From Paraspadella gotoi (Eukaryota > Animalia > Chaetognatha): DNA of 64,000 nt. Shown piece by piece: positions 39,045 through 51,634 of the stretch (within the stretch, counting starts at the first letter, position 1; every line of letters begins with the position of its first letter). A program made the translations under genes and the position numbers. Under the pieces are notes generated by a model. It searched no databases and was not told where the DNA came from. It saw only the letters and a program-made list of their open reading frames with translations. The stretch is from NCBI GenBank assembly GCA_051294375.1, contig CM119270.1, positions 12,638,700 to 12,702,699 of the forward strand. The letters are read 5' to 3'.

Positions 39045-40279
39045 ATTTGGGGCAAAATGATTTTTGTTTCACAACGATTTTATTTAATCATAGAAAACGT
39101 ACATGTTTCGGCTTTGATTCAAGCCTTCTTCAGCGTCAATGATTGTGGAAATTTTGTACAGTTTTTGTGTGAAAGAACGGAAAGATAGAGAGAGAGAGAG
39201 AGAGAGAAGACGAGAGAGAGAGAGAGATGAGAGATGATAGGGCAAAGTTTCCAACACCAGAGTTGCGAAAAATAATTAGTGAAGTCAACGTGGTGAGGAC
39301 AAGGTTAAGAATGAGACAGATAAGCAATTTTAGTTTTGAATTAAGAATGCAAATGGCTCAGCAGTGAGAGAGACTTGAATAGAGAGAGAGAGGAGAGGGA
39401 GAGGGAGCAGAGAGGAGAGAGACAGGGACGAGAGAAAATAATATCTACATTCAAATGTCAACAAATGAAGTTTTAAACTGTATTACAATTAAAACTATTA
39501 ATTACAATAAAAACTCGTGAAGGTGAAAATGAAAGTGAAAGTGAGAAGACACATTTAGTGTTAAGAATTGTTATAAAGTAGAAATAAGAAATTAAGAAAG
39601 AGCTCAAGTGAGCTCGGCCCCCTTCGGTTTGACAAATGAGAGGCTCGCGGCGATCGGGGCTGGGGCATGTGGCGTGTATTGCGTTGAGAGGACAAATTTG
39701 AACCGAATAGTTATTGTCGGGCTAGGAGGCTTCCTTGCCGCGAAACTTCCAAGCGCACTCGAACATGCTCTTGCGCCTGATACCCTGCCAGCTGCCCTCT
39801 TCTCGCTGCTGACGAGTGGGCGGTTGGTCACGTTCTTGCCACTTTTGTGAAGCATGCTGGACCTCCCCTCCTCCTGAGCCGTCGTTTTGGCTCGACGGCC
39901 CTCGCTCCATAACCCAGAGAGCAGGATTGAGTTGCTACAGTCGGAGGGGAGGCATCGCCTGCCCATTGCCTGGTAGGGTCTCGCCTGTCACGTTGATAGC
40001 AACAGGGGAATAATTGTGGAACGACGTGTGGAGGCGGGGCTTCCACAGCTTTTAATAAAGCGAATCATAGCTGAGGGAGGTCGAATCGATCTCCATCACG
40101 GTTCAAAGAGGGTTCAAGAGCTTTGATATAGATTGCCTCCCTAATATAAATAATAAGAAGGCTTTGAATCCAAAGCCGAAACATGTACGTTTCTATGATT
40201 AAATAAAATTCGTTGTGAAACAAAAATCATTTTGCCAAATACATACAACAACGAAAAAAAAAGAAAGGTTATTACACTA
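39045..40279 (-). mobile_element. Second PLE subfamily copy, heavily 5'-truncated, with an inverted short pLTR and a 10-bp TSD
   Basis: Minus-strand GIY-YIG C-terminus IREAIYIKALEPSLNRDGDRFDLP (~40075-40145), homologous to 36115-36185. 39045-39130 is inverted relative to 40155-40240. TSD GATAAAATTT at 39035-39044 and 40280-40289. Confidence 0.85.
39096..39137 (-). ncRNA. Minimal type I hammerhead ribozyme with GUA cleavage triplet (partner at 40155-40191 is truncated, lacking CTG)
   Basis: Minus strand: GACG-CTGAAGA-a-GGCTT-gaatca-AAGCC-GAAA-CATGTA-CGTT. Confidence 0.75.
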
Positions 40280-42842
40280 GATAAAATTTTAATAATTTAA
40301 TTTATCATAACTTATAATGTTTAAATAATTTTATATACATTAAAAACCTCTATTTTCGGACAAGAAAGATAAAATTATACAAAAAAATGGTCATCACCAC
40401 AGAATTCTGACAGGACTAATTACACTAAAATACGCTATGTACCTCACTTGATTTGTTATATTTTGTTATTTTTCAACGCTCTACCACGCATTTTGCTTAC
40501 AACCGCTCCAATCCCATTTCGCGCACCTTGATCAGCATCTCGGGGGTGTATCTCTTCAGGTCCGAGATCGTTATCTTATTATCTAAATAATCGAGGAAGA
40601 CCCGGAACGCCCAGTGGGAGACGCCGTCCACTTTGACCCGACTCTCAACCATGGGAGTGAAATAAGCGGCGCGTTTTTCTACGACGCGACGCGGCGCCGT
40701 CATCCCTCGACCTTCGACGACGAAGTCGGCGTCGTCGTTGTTCGGCGCCATTATCTCCATCTGTCCGTCGGACAGCGTCAGTTCGACACGGATAGAGATT
40801 GACCATTCACGAGCGCCGTTGCTTAAAGGGACTGTAGCGGTAACCTTTTTCAGACCTTGGGAGTCGTAGTGATTGAAAATGTCGACAGGCTCGGGGTCGT
40901 TGTCGTTGTTGTTGTCATAACGGAGGAAGATCTTTCCCGACGCCAGATTGGATCGACCGAATTCGAAGGTGAAAACCAACTTCTTCTCTTTCTTCGCCTG
41001 TGAAAAAAAGAAAAAGAGACGTGAGACCTACTTAAGGGTCGAAAAACTGACTTTTTAACGAACCTTGGGGTCAGCTCTGACGATGACGCGACAATCCCTC
41101 GAGTTTTTTCCGTTTTTGATCCTCAAACGTTTTTTTGTTTCACCCCGAACAGGGTGAAAAAATTCGGCCCAAAGATACTTTGCCATCGAGCTGAGTAATT
41201 TTTTTTTTTTTTTTTTTAGCTTGCTGCATAAGTTTGTATATTCGCGATTTCTGGTTAAGCCATGCTGGTACATATATACATATTGCTGGTTTGAATACAC
41301 TGCGGCGCAAAAAAATTAGCCACTTTTTCATATAGAAAAAAAACGTATTGGATGGTTGAATTTTACAAAGATATAGAAACATAAAACAAAACTTATTGAA
41401 AGATAAATCGATTGGTTCAAATCCCAAAGTGTTCGAAAGTTATACTAGGACGACAAAGTTGATTGGTACAAAAATACAAAAAATTAAAAATTAGTTTTCG
41501 TTAAAAAGAGTCAATAATTTTTCCTTATTAAAATTGTTTATAATATGAAATTGGCTGAACAAATTTAGAATAGAATATCTAAATCAAATTGAAATAAATA
41601 AGGAAACTATATAGAAAAACAATCAGTCAGAAAAAAAATATCATCAACTTAACATCCAAAAAACATTTTTTCCCAATTCTCTTTGAGACTCTGTCTTTAA
41701 AGTATTGCTGTATTCTACTGCCAGAACCAATTAATTTTTTTATTGTACCAATCAATAGCTTTTTCAAAAAGCTATACTTTTCATAATATTTTCTTTAAAT
41801 TAAAAATAAATAGTGGGGTATTTATAGCTAACAAATCGCTCCTTTTTTTTGCCCCACAGTTTATACATACCAAACAAATTTAAACATCATGGCGGGATAA
41901 GTGTGAAGTTTTTAGATGATAACTATATGATTCAAATTCTTAATTAAAAATTTGGGAACTTCCTGATCTTAGAATCTCTAGTTTTTTTATTAATCCTGAT
42001 TATGAAAGAGATAAGCAAAGCTACTGGTTATTTTTGATCGTGCCACAGTGTACGTTGTAAATCACGAGCTCGCTCGTGATTATTCTCGTTGATCCTAATA
42101 ATTCTAATAATTTAGTAGAAATTGTTGTTTGGGAAAATCCAAACTGGAAATGACAAAAACTATATTTTTCTCCAATTTTTTTATAGGTCAGTTCTGTTTT
42201 TATTCTTCCTTTTTCGGTATTTGGTTCTGAATTTCTTCTGGTTAAATTCGAACTTATTAAACAAAAAATGGACACCAAATAAAAAAAAGAACCGAAAAAT
42301 TCATCTGTCAGTCTAAAGAAAGAACCGCTCTTGACGTCAATCGTCGGTCTACAGGCGAAGAAGGTTAAAGCGACACCCGTTGAGTAACTGCCGAGACGTT
42401 ACTCGTAAATTTACAGCTAAAACCGTTTAGGATGAAACCCGTCAAACCCCAGGGAAGGCTGTAGAATACAACAAGCTCACCTAGCTTTAACCCTAAAGAC
42501 AAAGAAGAGAGAGANNNNNNNNNNGATGATCGAATCGGCTCTCGTTCACTCAAGTCTTCTTTTCTTTCGCTTTTAAAATGTAAAGAAAGGTTGGAGATAG
42601 GAGATAAAGAGAAGTGGGAAGGAAAGGACAGGGAAATAAAAAGGTAGGCTCGTAGATTCCTTTTTTTTTTATATTGCGGTTATTACGTGGATCACGTGAC
42701 TTGGTTGCTCGGTCACGTGTCGAGTTCATCGTAAGTATGTCGTCGTGTGTAGGCAAATAGGGGGGCCCCAGGAAGGTGATTGGGGAGCCAGATAACAGCG
42801 ATCATATCTCATAAGAGGAAAGGAGAGAGGAGAGAGAGAGAG

Positions 42843-42924
<82 letters not shown>

Positions 42925-44249
42925 GCGCTTAAACTTCCCACAAAAAGTTATCTTTAAAATTTTCATTGAGAGAATGGTTTGAATGAAATTTACGAAAGAC
43001 CTGATTCTTGCGCAATAACAAGTCATAACTTGTTAATTTTTAACACGTTGCAGGAAATAGAGCCCACATATCCGTGAATCGATTGAGCGCTGAGAACGAC
43101 GATCTAACAATTCGGTTTGGTTCAAAACCCGAACTCCATGTGACTTTAACCGTGAATTTGTCGATGTTGGTTTTATATAATTTTGACCCTCAGCGTTGAT
43201 TCGTAATTGCATGTTTTTTGTTGTTTCTTCTCTTCTTACTTTTTTTCTTAGAAAATACGGCAACCAGGCGTCTTTACTTTTCAGCCAGTGAAAAATGATT
43301 GTTTGGGTTGCTTGGTTAAAAAGTGCCGTTTTTTATTTGATTTTCTTTTCCTTCTTTTTTATGTAGTATGTACTCTTTTAATAATGCTGTATTTCTAATA
43401 AAATTGTTGGGGTAAATATCATTTCAGTTTTAAAGGCAAACGATATTTCTCTATACTTCGCCGCGTCTTTGTATTATTATTGTTAGTGTTATGTTATTAC
43501 TTAGGTCTCAAGTCGACTACCGATTTTTCAAGATCTCCCATTAATTTCCCCATTTCCCGCTTTAAAAGCTTATTTATTTCTTTCGAGTCTGTCCCTTCCT
43601 TTAAAACTGCTTCTTATTTCTCATTTTCAGTCTTGCCTCAACCCTCAACATTTTTTTTTATATTTCAGATTGTTTAGTCTCGATATTTTTTGAACATTTT
43701 TATTTCTTTTTGTTATTTATTTACTTTTTATATGCCTCAGGATAAAGACGTCGATAATATTAACGATAATCATTTAGTGCGTCTTATTATTCATATATAG
43801 ATATTATTATAATTAGTATTATCAAACATATCATGTCGTACGGCGCGGGAGGCTACGACGGAAGTGACGCTTATTGTGAACCTTTTAATCTCCTTCACAA
43901 ATCAGGAAGATAACTCTTTTTTTTTTCTTCCCGGAAAAGACAAAAAAAGATTTGAAAAATTCAGATGGAGAAGAGAGAGAGAGAGTAGAGAGGAGAGAGA
44001 GAAGAGAGAGAGAGAAGAGAGTCGAGAGAGAGGATTGGAGAGAGAGAGAGAGATGGATATAATCATTTATTATGTCATATATACTATCTAGTTTGCCAAA
44101 GATTTTCAAACTGTTGAATAGTATGAGGACTGCTAAGGCCTGTGAAGTAAATTGTCTTTAACGAGAACGCTTCCAGGGAGAGTTTACAAACTGCCGAGGA
44201 TCTAAGACCGAAAGAAGGCAAGGTCGCTGAAGATGCTGAGTTTGCAGAA

Positions 44250-44735
44250 TCAGACCAACGAGACATCATTCTATATCAAGTTTTCGTGAATGAAAATTGT
44301 GTCGATCTCCAAAGATTTCTCGCTTTTGTCGTCCTGTTGATAGAATTGAAAAAAAAAATTAATAGTTTATGAAAAATCGGTTCGTATATTGGCAAGATGT
44401 TCGATCGACCTGTATGATATCATTCTCCAGTTTTGACCGTGTATTTTAATGGCCGTCAAGATCCAATCTGAAGAGATGATGGTCCCGCCCCAAACATGCT
44501 GTTTCAAATGAATCAATCAACCAATCAATCAATTAATGATACAATATCCTGCCCAAAGAGATGACGCTCTCAGTGCAATTTAGAGATAAAAGTATCGAGA
44601 TTTCTTAGTATCTGGGCGTGCCCAGTTATAAACGTTATCACTTTTTGGTTTCATCGTGCGTTCGTCATCGTCGTCGTCTTCGTCATCGTCATCGTCGTAA
44701 ATGTCGGACGAATGACATTTGTCGGCGTCGGATCG
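44250..44735 (-). pseudogene. Trypsin-family (S1A) serine protease pseudogene remnant
   Basis: Exon 44410-44498 reads HVWGGTIISSDWILTAIK (cf. HxCGGxLIxxxWVLTAAHC; Cys and catalytic His lost). Exon from 44333 reads DDKSEKSLEIDTIFIHENLI*NDVSLV* (cf. HExY..NDIALL). Contains stops. Confidence 0.65.
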
Positions 44736-46569
44736 ATCATAAAAATTAGGGAAAAAAATACTTTTTTATAAGATCGATTAAAAATTAATACCGACTCGGA
44801 CTTTGAAGATAGACCAAGTATTTAAATAAACAATTGTATTTAACTATTTAACTAAGTTAATTTGTTTAACCTAATATAGTTTTTGATATTATTTGTTTTT
44901 TTTTACTAGTTGTTTCAAATAATTGACTTCGTAAGGCCAACGCTTAAAATTTTCCTTGTCGAAGCTCAGAGTTTGAAATTTCGAAGGTGAAATATTGAAG
45001 TCGTAAATATTCACCTGAGAAGCGTCAAAGACTAAATGATTAGTGAAGTTTTTATGAAGTATTATCATTACGACAACGAATGCTATGACATCTTGAGCTC
45101 ATGGCGAAATATTGCTATCATTTCATGGTGACTAAAAAGTTGAACAATCCGTTGTTGTACCTCTTTGGGTAGAAAGTACAAAATCATTTATTAAGGCAAC
45201 AGCCGGGTTGCCTGTGACGCCCATTGGGATGGGGNNNNNNNNNNNNNNNNNNNNNNNNNNNNNNNNNNNNNNNNNNNNNNNNNNNNNNNNNNNNNNNNNN
45301 NNNNNNNNNNNNNNNNNNNNNNNNNNNNNNNNNNNNNNNNNNNNNNNNNNNNNNNNNNNNNNNNNNNNNNNNNNNNNNNNNNNNNNNNNNNNNNNNNNNN
45401 NNNNNNNNNNNNNNNNNNNNNNNNACTGACGCATCCAGACATTGGCGCTTTAACCCTAGGACGGTCTCGCTTTGCGAACACGAGATATTACGCGGGCCAT
45501 ATCCTCGCAGTTTAAACTGTTAAACTTCGCGCAGTTTCGGGGAAGAGAACTATAAGTTCACCGCAACTACGCCCTGCGGCGGCCTTCGCCGGGGATATCA
45601 TCCCGGAAAATCCCCGCCCAAATTCATGACGGGGACGAGAAATGGCCTACTCTCTCTCTCTCCCTCTCTCTCTCTCTCTATCTATCTCTCTATCTCTCTC
45701 TCTGTTTTTTTGGGCTTCAAGGTATCAATAGCGATAACAATGAGGGTCATAGATTTGAATTTTTCTTTGCTTTCTTTTAATATATTTTTAAATACTACAG
45801 AAATATTAATGACAGAAAAATTAAGAAAAAAAAAAGAAAGAAAAAATATAGGAAAAAAAGAAAAAAAAAGAAAAGAAGAAAAATATAATTAAAAAAGAAA
45901 GAAAGAAAGAAAGACAATATAGTATATTGTATGTGTAGAAAAGTGTGTTATTGAGCTGGATATACAGCTTCGATGGAATAGAGTGCTAATAAAGACTTGA
46001 AGTAAAATCAAAACAACAACAACAACAAATGTCTCAAAAAAATCGTTGATTGCTATAATTGCAAACTTTTTCTAAGCAGACTTCAACAAACCATAGAGAC
46101 TTGGCTTAAGTAACATATCTACTATTTTTTGTTTTATTTTTTTATAGTTCGGTTGTACCCAATTGTCATTCCAAAATATTGATAATTGCATTGTGAATCA
46201 AAAAAAAAGAGAGACAACAGAGAGAGAGAGAGAGATATATATAATATATTGAATATAAAAAAAAAGAGAGAAAGAGGTAGACAAAAGAGAGAGAAAGAAA
46301 GTGAGGAAGAGAGATAAAAATAGAAAAAAAAGAGAAATAGAGTGAGAAAGAGATAGAGATAGCAAAGAGAGATAAAGAGAGAGAGAGATTTAGGACGAGA
46401 GACAGAGAGACAGAAAGAGAGAGCAGAGACAGAGAGAGTAGATATCAACTTGAAAATAAAAAAGAAGGAGAGAGGGACAAGAGAGACAACGAGAGAAAGT
46501 GAGGAGGAGAGAATAAAATGATGAAGAAAAAAAGAATAGACGTGAGAAAAGAGAGAGATACAGATTGAA

Positions 46570-46600
<31 letters not shown>

Positions 46601-47139
46601 GAGAGAGACGAGATAGATTGGAAAGAGAGAGAGGAGTAGAGAGAGATGAAAATAGAAAATGAAGAGAAGGAGAGAGGTAGACGGACAGAGAGAGAGGAGA
46701 ATATAAAATAGAGGGTTAGGAATGAAATCTAAATGCAAATAAATTATTTATTTTTTAAATTAGGATTGTTAAGGTTTCGTACTGTTATTGTTAAAATATT
46801 TTTTCATAACCAAGGACTGCACCATGATGATGATTCACGCGGGACAGCGGCTTCAAACGTCAATCCCCATCAAAAATAGCGGCGGGGATTCCCTGCCGTG
46901 GATAAGGCATAAGGCTTCAAACAGTAATCCCCGTGAAAAATAGTGGTAGGGATTCCCCAAAACAGAGGGAAAAAAGACAATTTTCGTGAACAGAAAGAGG
47001 GCGCAGTTGAAACTGTCCCCTTATAGCCAGTTCAAACTGCGCCTTATTGGACGGGGTCATACTTGGCGAACACAGAGTGAAGTCGTTAGGACTGTGGATG
47101 GAACACAACGCTTGGGATGGTGTGTTCCCCCTCTGAGCC

Positions 47140-47340
47140 AAGTGGACGTGAGGTGGCATGAATATACCACCACAATATTGCAACGAGATTTTCCAGGGGA
47201 ATTCGCCGAGTCCCGCGTCGACTCCCACGTCGACGCCTCTGACGATGCGATTCGATGATACTTTGCGACCGCATTGGGAAAACCCGAGGCCAACCCCAAA
47301 GACAAGCCCAATGACAAAAAGAGAATCGCGACTAATATAA
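47140..47340 (-). pseudogene. Trypsin-family serine protease 5' fragment
   Basis: Signal-peptide-like ILVAILFLSLGLSLGLASG, a frameshift, then SNRIVRGVDVGVDAGLGEFPWKISLQYCGG (activation site, EFPW and CGG motifs, with a short internal duplication). Homology stops after CGG. Confidence 0.65.
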
Positions 47341-47352
47341 TAGAAAGTTCGT

Positions 47353-47452
<100 letters not shown>

Positions 47453-49759
47453 ATAGTTTGACGGGTATCGTTATGGATTTAAACGAAAGTAGACAGTTAC
47501 AGATTAAAAATAAAATAAAAATAAAATAAAAAGTCAGATGATTCATTTTAAGAGATGAGTCATCAGTCTTGGATAATTTCAAGTATTTTTAGTACATTTA
47601 ACCGTAAATAAAGTTAAAATAACAAATATAATATATTATAAAATATTTGCATGTATTGCAATGAGAAAGAAAAAGAAAAAAAAGGTACAAATAAAGCTCT
47701 AAAAGGAAAGCAAAGGTTAGGAAAAATAAAAATAAAGTGAAAAACGAAAAATAAGTTGCAATAAGAGTGATTTTTTTTTTTTTGGTACTTGACAAAAGGA
47801 GGAAAGAAGGCGACGAAGAATGAGTAAAGCCTTTGTTTTGCAATTCGCGATTACGGGATAAAAAACGAGCGAATCTGAAGGACTCGTTGAGTGTTGAACT
47901 GTTTACACGATATCTGTAACTGTTAACGTCGGGAAGAGAGGGTGAATCTCATCGATTGATCACTTTGACGAAAACCCCCTTCAAGACAATGGGGGGGAGG
48001 TGGTCTTTCCTTTTCACACGCCGTCTGTGCAAGATTAAAGGTCAATACCGAAAGGTCAATACCGAAAGGTCAATACCGAAAGGTCATCGGCATCGCACTC
48101 GGAGTGAGGGGAATGGAAAAGGAGATTCATCAGAGACAAACCTCACAAGCCGGACAATGCGAGTTTATTTATCAGCAAAGTGATATTGAGAGAGGAACGA
48201 ACTCGGGGCGTAAGAATGAAAATTGAACGATTCGACCACGCCCACAGTGATCGGTATAAAACTCCTCGATTTCTACGGGCGGCGACGAAGTTGGGATTTC
48301 ATCTTGAAGGCGTCAGTCGAAGTGGGTACTTATTCATGTTTTCGTAGCATAACTAGTCCCCGACCTGGTCCTTTCGAAAGCAGAATCTTTTATTTTATCT
48401 CTTGATCTCGATTCTGTTTTCTCTTTTTCTCTCACTTCAACACTCAAGCGGTTAGACGGCCTCGACCCATATTTGCCAGAATGTTCCAAAGCCCATTGAT
48501 TTGGTTAGGAAAAAAGAAAGCTTTAAAAAAGGCAACCTTTTGGTAATATTAATTTTAGAAATAATTATTACCTCTCATTTTTAACTTTTTCCCGAAACGA
48601 GAGGTTTTTGATTTTGAATAGATATCAAAAAAATAATGTTGATGGTCACTAGTTATATTCCGTTATATGTCCTTATTTTTCAAAGTCGAGAGTTGGAATT
48701 CGTAACTAAAACTTAATTGTTTTCGTTAAACCCGTTGCTACAATTCTCAGTCTTGTCGTTTAAATTAAAATAGTACGAATGTTTCTCAGATTTCAATTTT
48801 ATGGATTAAAAAAGTCAGAAGGCTGAAAATAAAAGCATCTGTGTTGTGTAATTTCGTTTGGTGGGCGTGGTGGAAGAGGCTTAAAAACTTAGCGGGAAAT
48901 CGGTGGTGTATTGAGTTATAGTGGATGTAAACTTGAGAATCAGTGATTAATTAATCATTAATTGTTTTATAAAAATAAATACAGCATACATCGTACATCA
49001 TCCATGGGTTTTTCTTTAAATGTCATCATTCACGTTTTATACATCAACGAAAGCCTTCTCGCCTCATCTACTAAAACCGAAAGGGCGCCTCGGGAGTTTC
49101 CAGCGAATATTAATGAGCGCGGAGCCAAAAAAAGAACAACGAATCCAAAATTAGGGATTTTTCGTCCGAAAAACCAAGAGTACTTCTTCTTTCCAAGGAC
49201 ACGCGGTTGGCATCGTGACAGAAAACCTGTTAATGTTTATCTCCTGCGCTGATCTTTGTTTGAGTGAGAGAGAGAGAGAGGGGGGAAGAGAGAAAGCGTG
49301 GGACGATGAATATAGAGATAGAGTGGACGGAAAGGACGGAATGATAAGTTATTTATCTCAAGATATTATCTTTAAATAAATAATACTCGAATTCCTTAAA
49401 TAGTTTTCGTTTATTGCTCTCACAACACACACAAAAACTTTCTCAGACGACCTTCAGACACACACAACCGTAAACTCGCACGATTGAGGTCATTTTTTTG
49501 TCTCATACATCTTCCTCGACACCCCCAANNNNNNNNNNNNNNNNNNNNNNNNNCTCCACCCCAAACTCCACCCCTAACTCCACCTCCCAACTAACCCCCA
49601 ACTCCCCCACCAAACCCCCACTCACTCCAACCCTCCAGAAAAAAAAAATCATCTCGACATTAGTTTCTTTCATCGATCGAATTTTTCTTCTCCTTCAAAA
49701 TTCGTAGTTTTTCGTTTTCCAACTCGAAAATTGGGAATAAAAGACGTTTGTTCTTTTTT

Positions 49760-50490
49760 TTTTTTCTCATAAGAAAACCGTTGACTGCCTCGTCTGCCTT
49801 TTATAAAAGATTTTTTTTTTTCTCCGCCAAATTTTTTGGGAGGCTTCTCAGGCCATGATGAAAATGTCTGGTTTAAATTGTGATACAAGAATATTGTTAC
49901 AGTGCTTTACTTATTCGACCTTAGTAAAAAAAACTGTCTGGGGCATCTTGCCTTTCAAATTCAAAGTTAGTTCACATTTGCCTCCGATTTAGTTCAGTTA
50001 TACCCAAAACATACAATTAAAAAAGGATTTTAAAAATAAATCGCGTTTTCTTTTTTCTTTTCTTCTTTTCTTTTCTTTTTTCAGGCTTTTTTTCGATCAC
50101 GAAGGACTCTTAAACCATCTATTGTTCTTTTTTTTTCAATCTGTTTTTCCTTTTTCGACGCGACTGTCGCATTTCCATCAAAAACATTAAGCGATACAAT
50201 GAGAAGCGGAATGGAGAGCGAGAACAAATGGAATCCTTCCGCGTTTTCTCACTCAAAAAACCTTTCAATTTCGTTTTATCTCTCCTCATTTTTATTTTTC
50301 CTTTCCAACAAAAAAACTTTCATTTTCCCACTTTTCTCTTTTGAACAATTACTTTTGTTGGAAAGAAAAATAACCAATGGTTGGTTCCTGTATGTAAAAG
50401 AGAGGCGAGGGTTCTTCTGAAAATATCTGGGGCAAGGTTTGAATTTTATTCAACGTTTGGTAGAGACTTGTAAACATAACGCTAGTTTCC

Positions 50491-50523
<33 letters not shown>

Positions 50524-50996
50524 CTCTCTCTCACTCTCTCTTACTCTCGCTCTCACATTTCTTTTGGTAATCGTTACGTTTAGCTTAATTTTATTCTAGG
50601 GATTCTAGGTCAAAAATACATTAATTTTAAAAACTTCGGATTCCGAAATCAGATGTTCAAAAAGAGAGCGAGAAAGAAAGAAAGAAGGAACGACCCAGAC
50701 GTTACGGTTTTTTTTTCTCATAAGAAAAACCCTTGACTGCCTCGTCTGCCTTTTATAAAAGATTTTTTTTTTCCTCCGCCAAATTTTTTGGGAGGCTTCT
50801 CAGGCCCATGATGAAAAATGTCTGGTTTAAATTGTGATAAAGAATATTGTTACAGTCTTTACTTATTCGACTTAGTAAAAAAAACTGTCTGGGGCATCTT
50901 GCCTTTCAAATTCAAAGTTAGTTCACATTTGCCTCCGATTTAGTTCAGTTATACCCAAAACAACAATTAAAAAAAGGATTTTTAAAAATAATCGCG

Positions 50997-51029
<33 letters not shown>

Positions 51030-51430
51030 CCAGCTTTTTTTCGATCACGAAGGACTCTTAACCATCTATTGTTCTTTTTTTTTTCAATCTGTTTTCCTTT
51101 TTCGACCGACTGTCGCATTTCCATCAAAAACATTAAGCGATACAATGAGAGCGGAATGGAGAGCGAGACAATGGAATCCTTCCGCGTTTTCTCACTCAAA
51201 AAAACCTTTCAATTTCGTTTTCTCTCTCATTTTTATTTTTCTTTCCAACAAAAAAAACTTTCATTTTCCCACTTTTCTATTTTGAGCAATTACCTTTTGT
51301 TGGAAAGAAAAATAACAATGGTTGGTTCCTGTATGTAAAAGAGAGGCGAGGGTTCTTCTGAAAATATCTGGGGCAAGGTTTGAATTTATTCAACGTTTGG
51401 TAGAGACTTGTAAACATAACGCTAGTTTCC

Positions 51431-51463
<33 letters not shown>

Positions 51464-51634
51464 CTCTCTCTCACTCTCTCTCTACTCTCGCTCTCACTTT
51501 CTTTTGGTAATCGTTACGTTTAGCTTAATTTTATTCTAGGGATTCTAAGGTCAAAAATACATTAATTTAAAAACTTCGGATTCCGAAATCAGATGTTCAA
51601 AAAGAGAGCGAGAAAGAAAGAAAGAAGGAACGAC
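49760..51634. repeat. Tandem duplication of a ~940-bp unit (49760-50693 / 50710-51634), probably an artefact
   Basis: Both copies start TTTCTCATAAGAAAA..TTGACTGCCTCGTC and end GAAGGAACGAC. Differences are mostly indels; an N gap follows. Confidence 0.8.

Larger units (their letters stand above)
38249..40483. mobile_element. Non-autonomous hAT-type fold-back element (~1 kb native) carrying a nested PLE
   Basis: ~57-bp TIRs TAGGGCGTTGAAAAATAACGAAATATAACAAATCAAGTGAGGTACATAGC.. at 38249, with the reverse complement ending at 40483. Exact 8-bp TSD CCACGCAT (38241-38248, 40484-40491). Internal inverted repeats (38651-38686 vs 38828-38860). Confidence 0.85.
38030..41186 (-). pseudogene. BTB/POZ(-BACK) domain pseudogene (exon 41064-41186, 66-nt intron, exon from 40997; 3' part split by hAT/PLE insertions)
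   Basis: ATG at 41186 and a phase-0 intron 40998-41063. BTB motifs DADFVVEG..RRVVEKRAAYFTPMVESRVKVDGVSHWAFRVFLDYL..GLERL*AKC. Beyond the insertions, frameshifted BACK-like DNACATLI..NKKCFDNITRKGKEC. Confidence 0.65.

Noticed and set aside
40155-40191. Sixth functional hammerhead
   Set aside because: The inversion breakpoint removes the CTG of the catalytic core and the 5' strand of stem I.
41405-41430. tRNA-like B-box GGTTCAAATCC
   Set aside because: No cloverleaf or A-box could be built around it.
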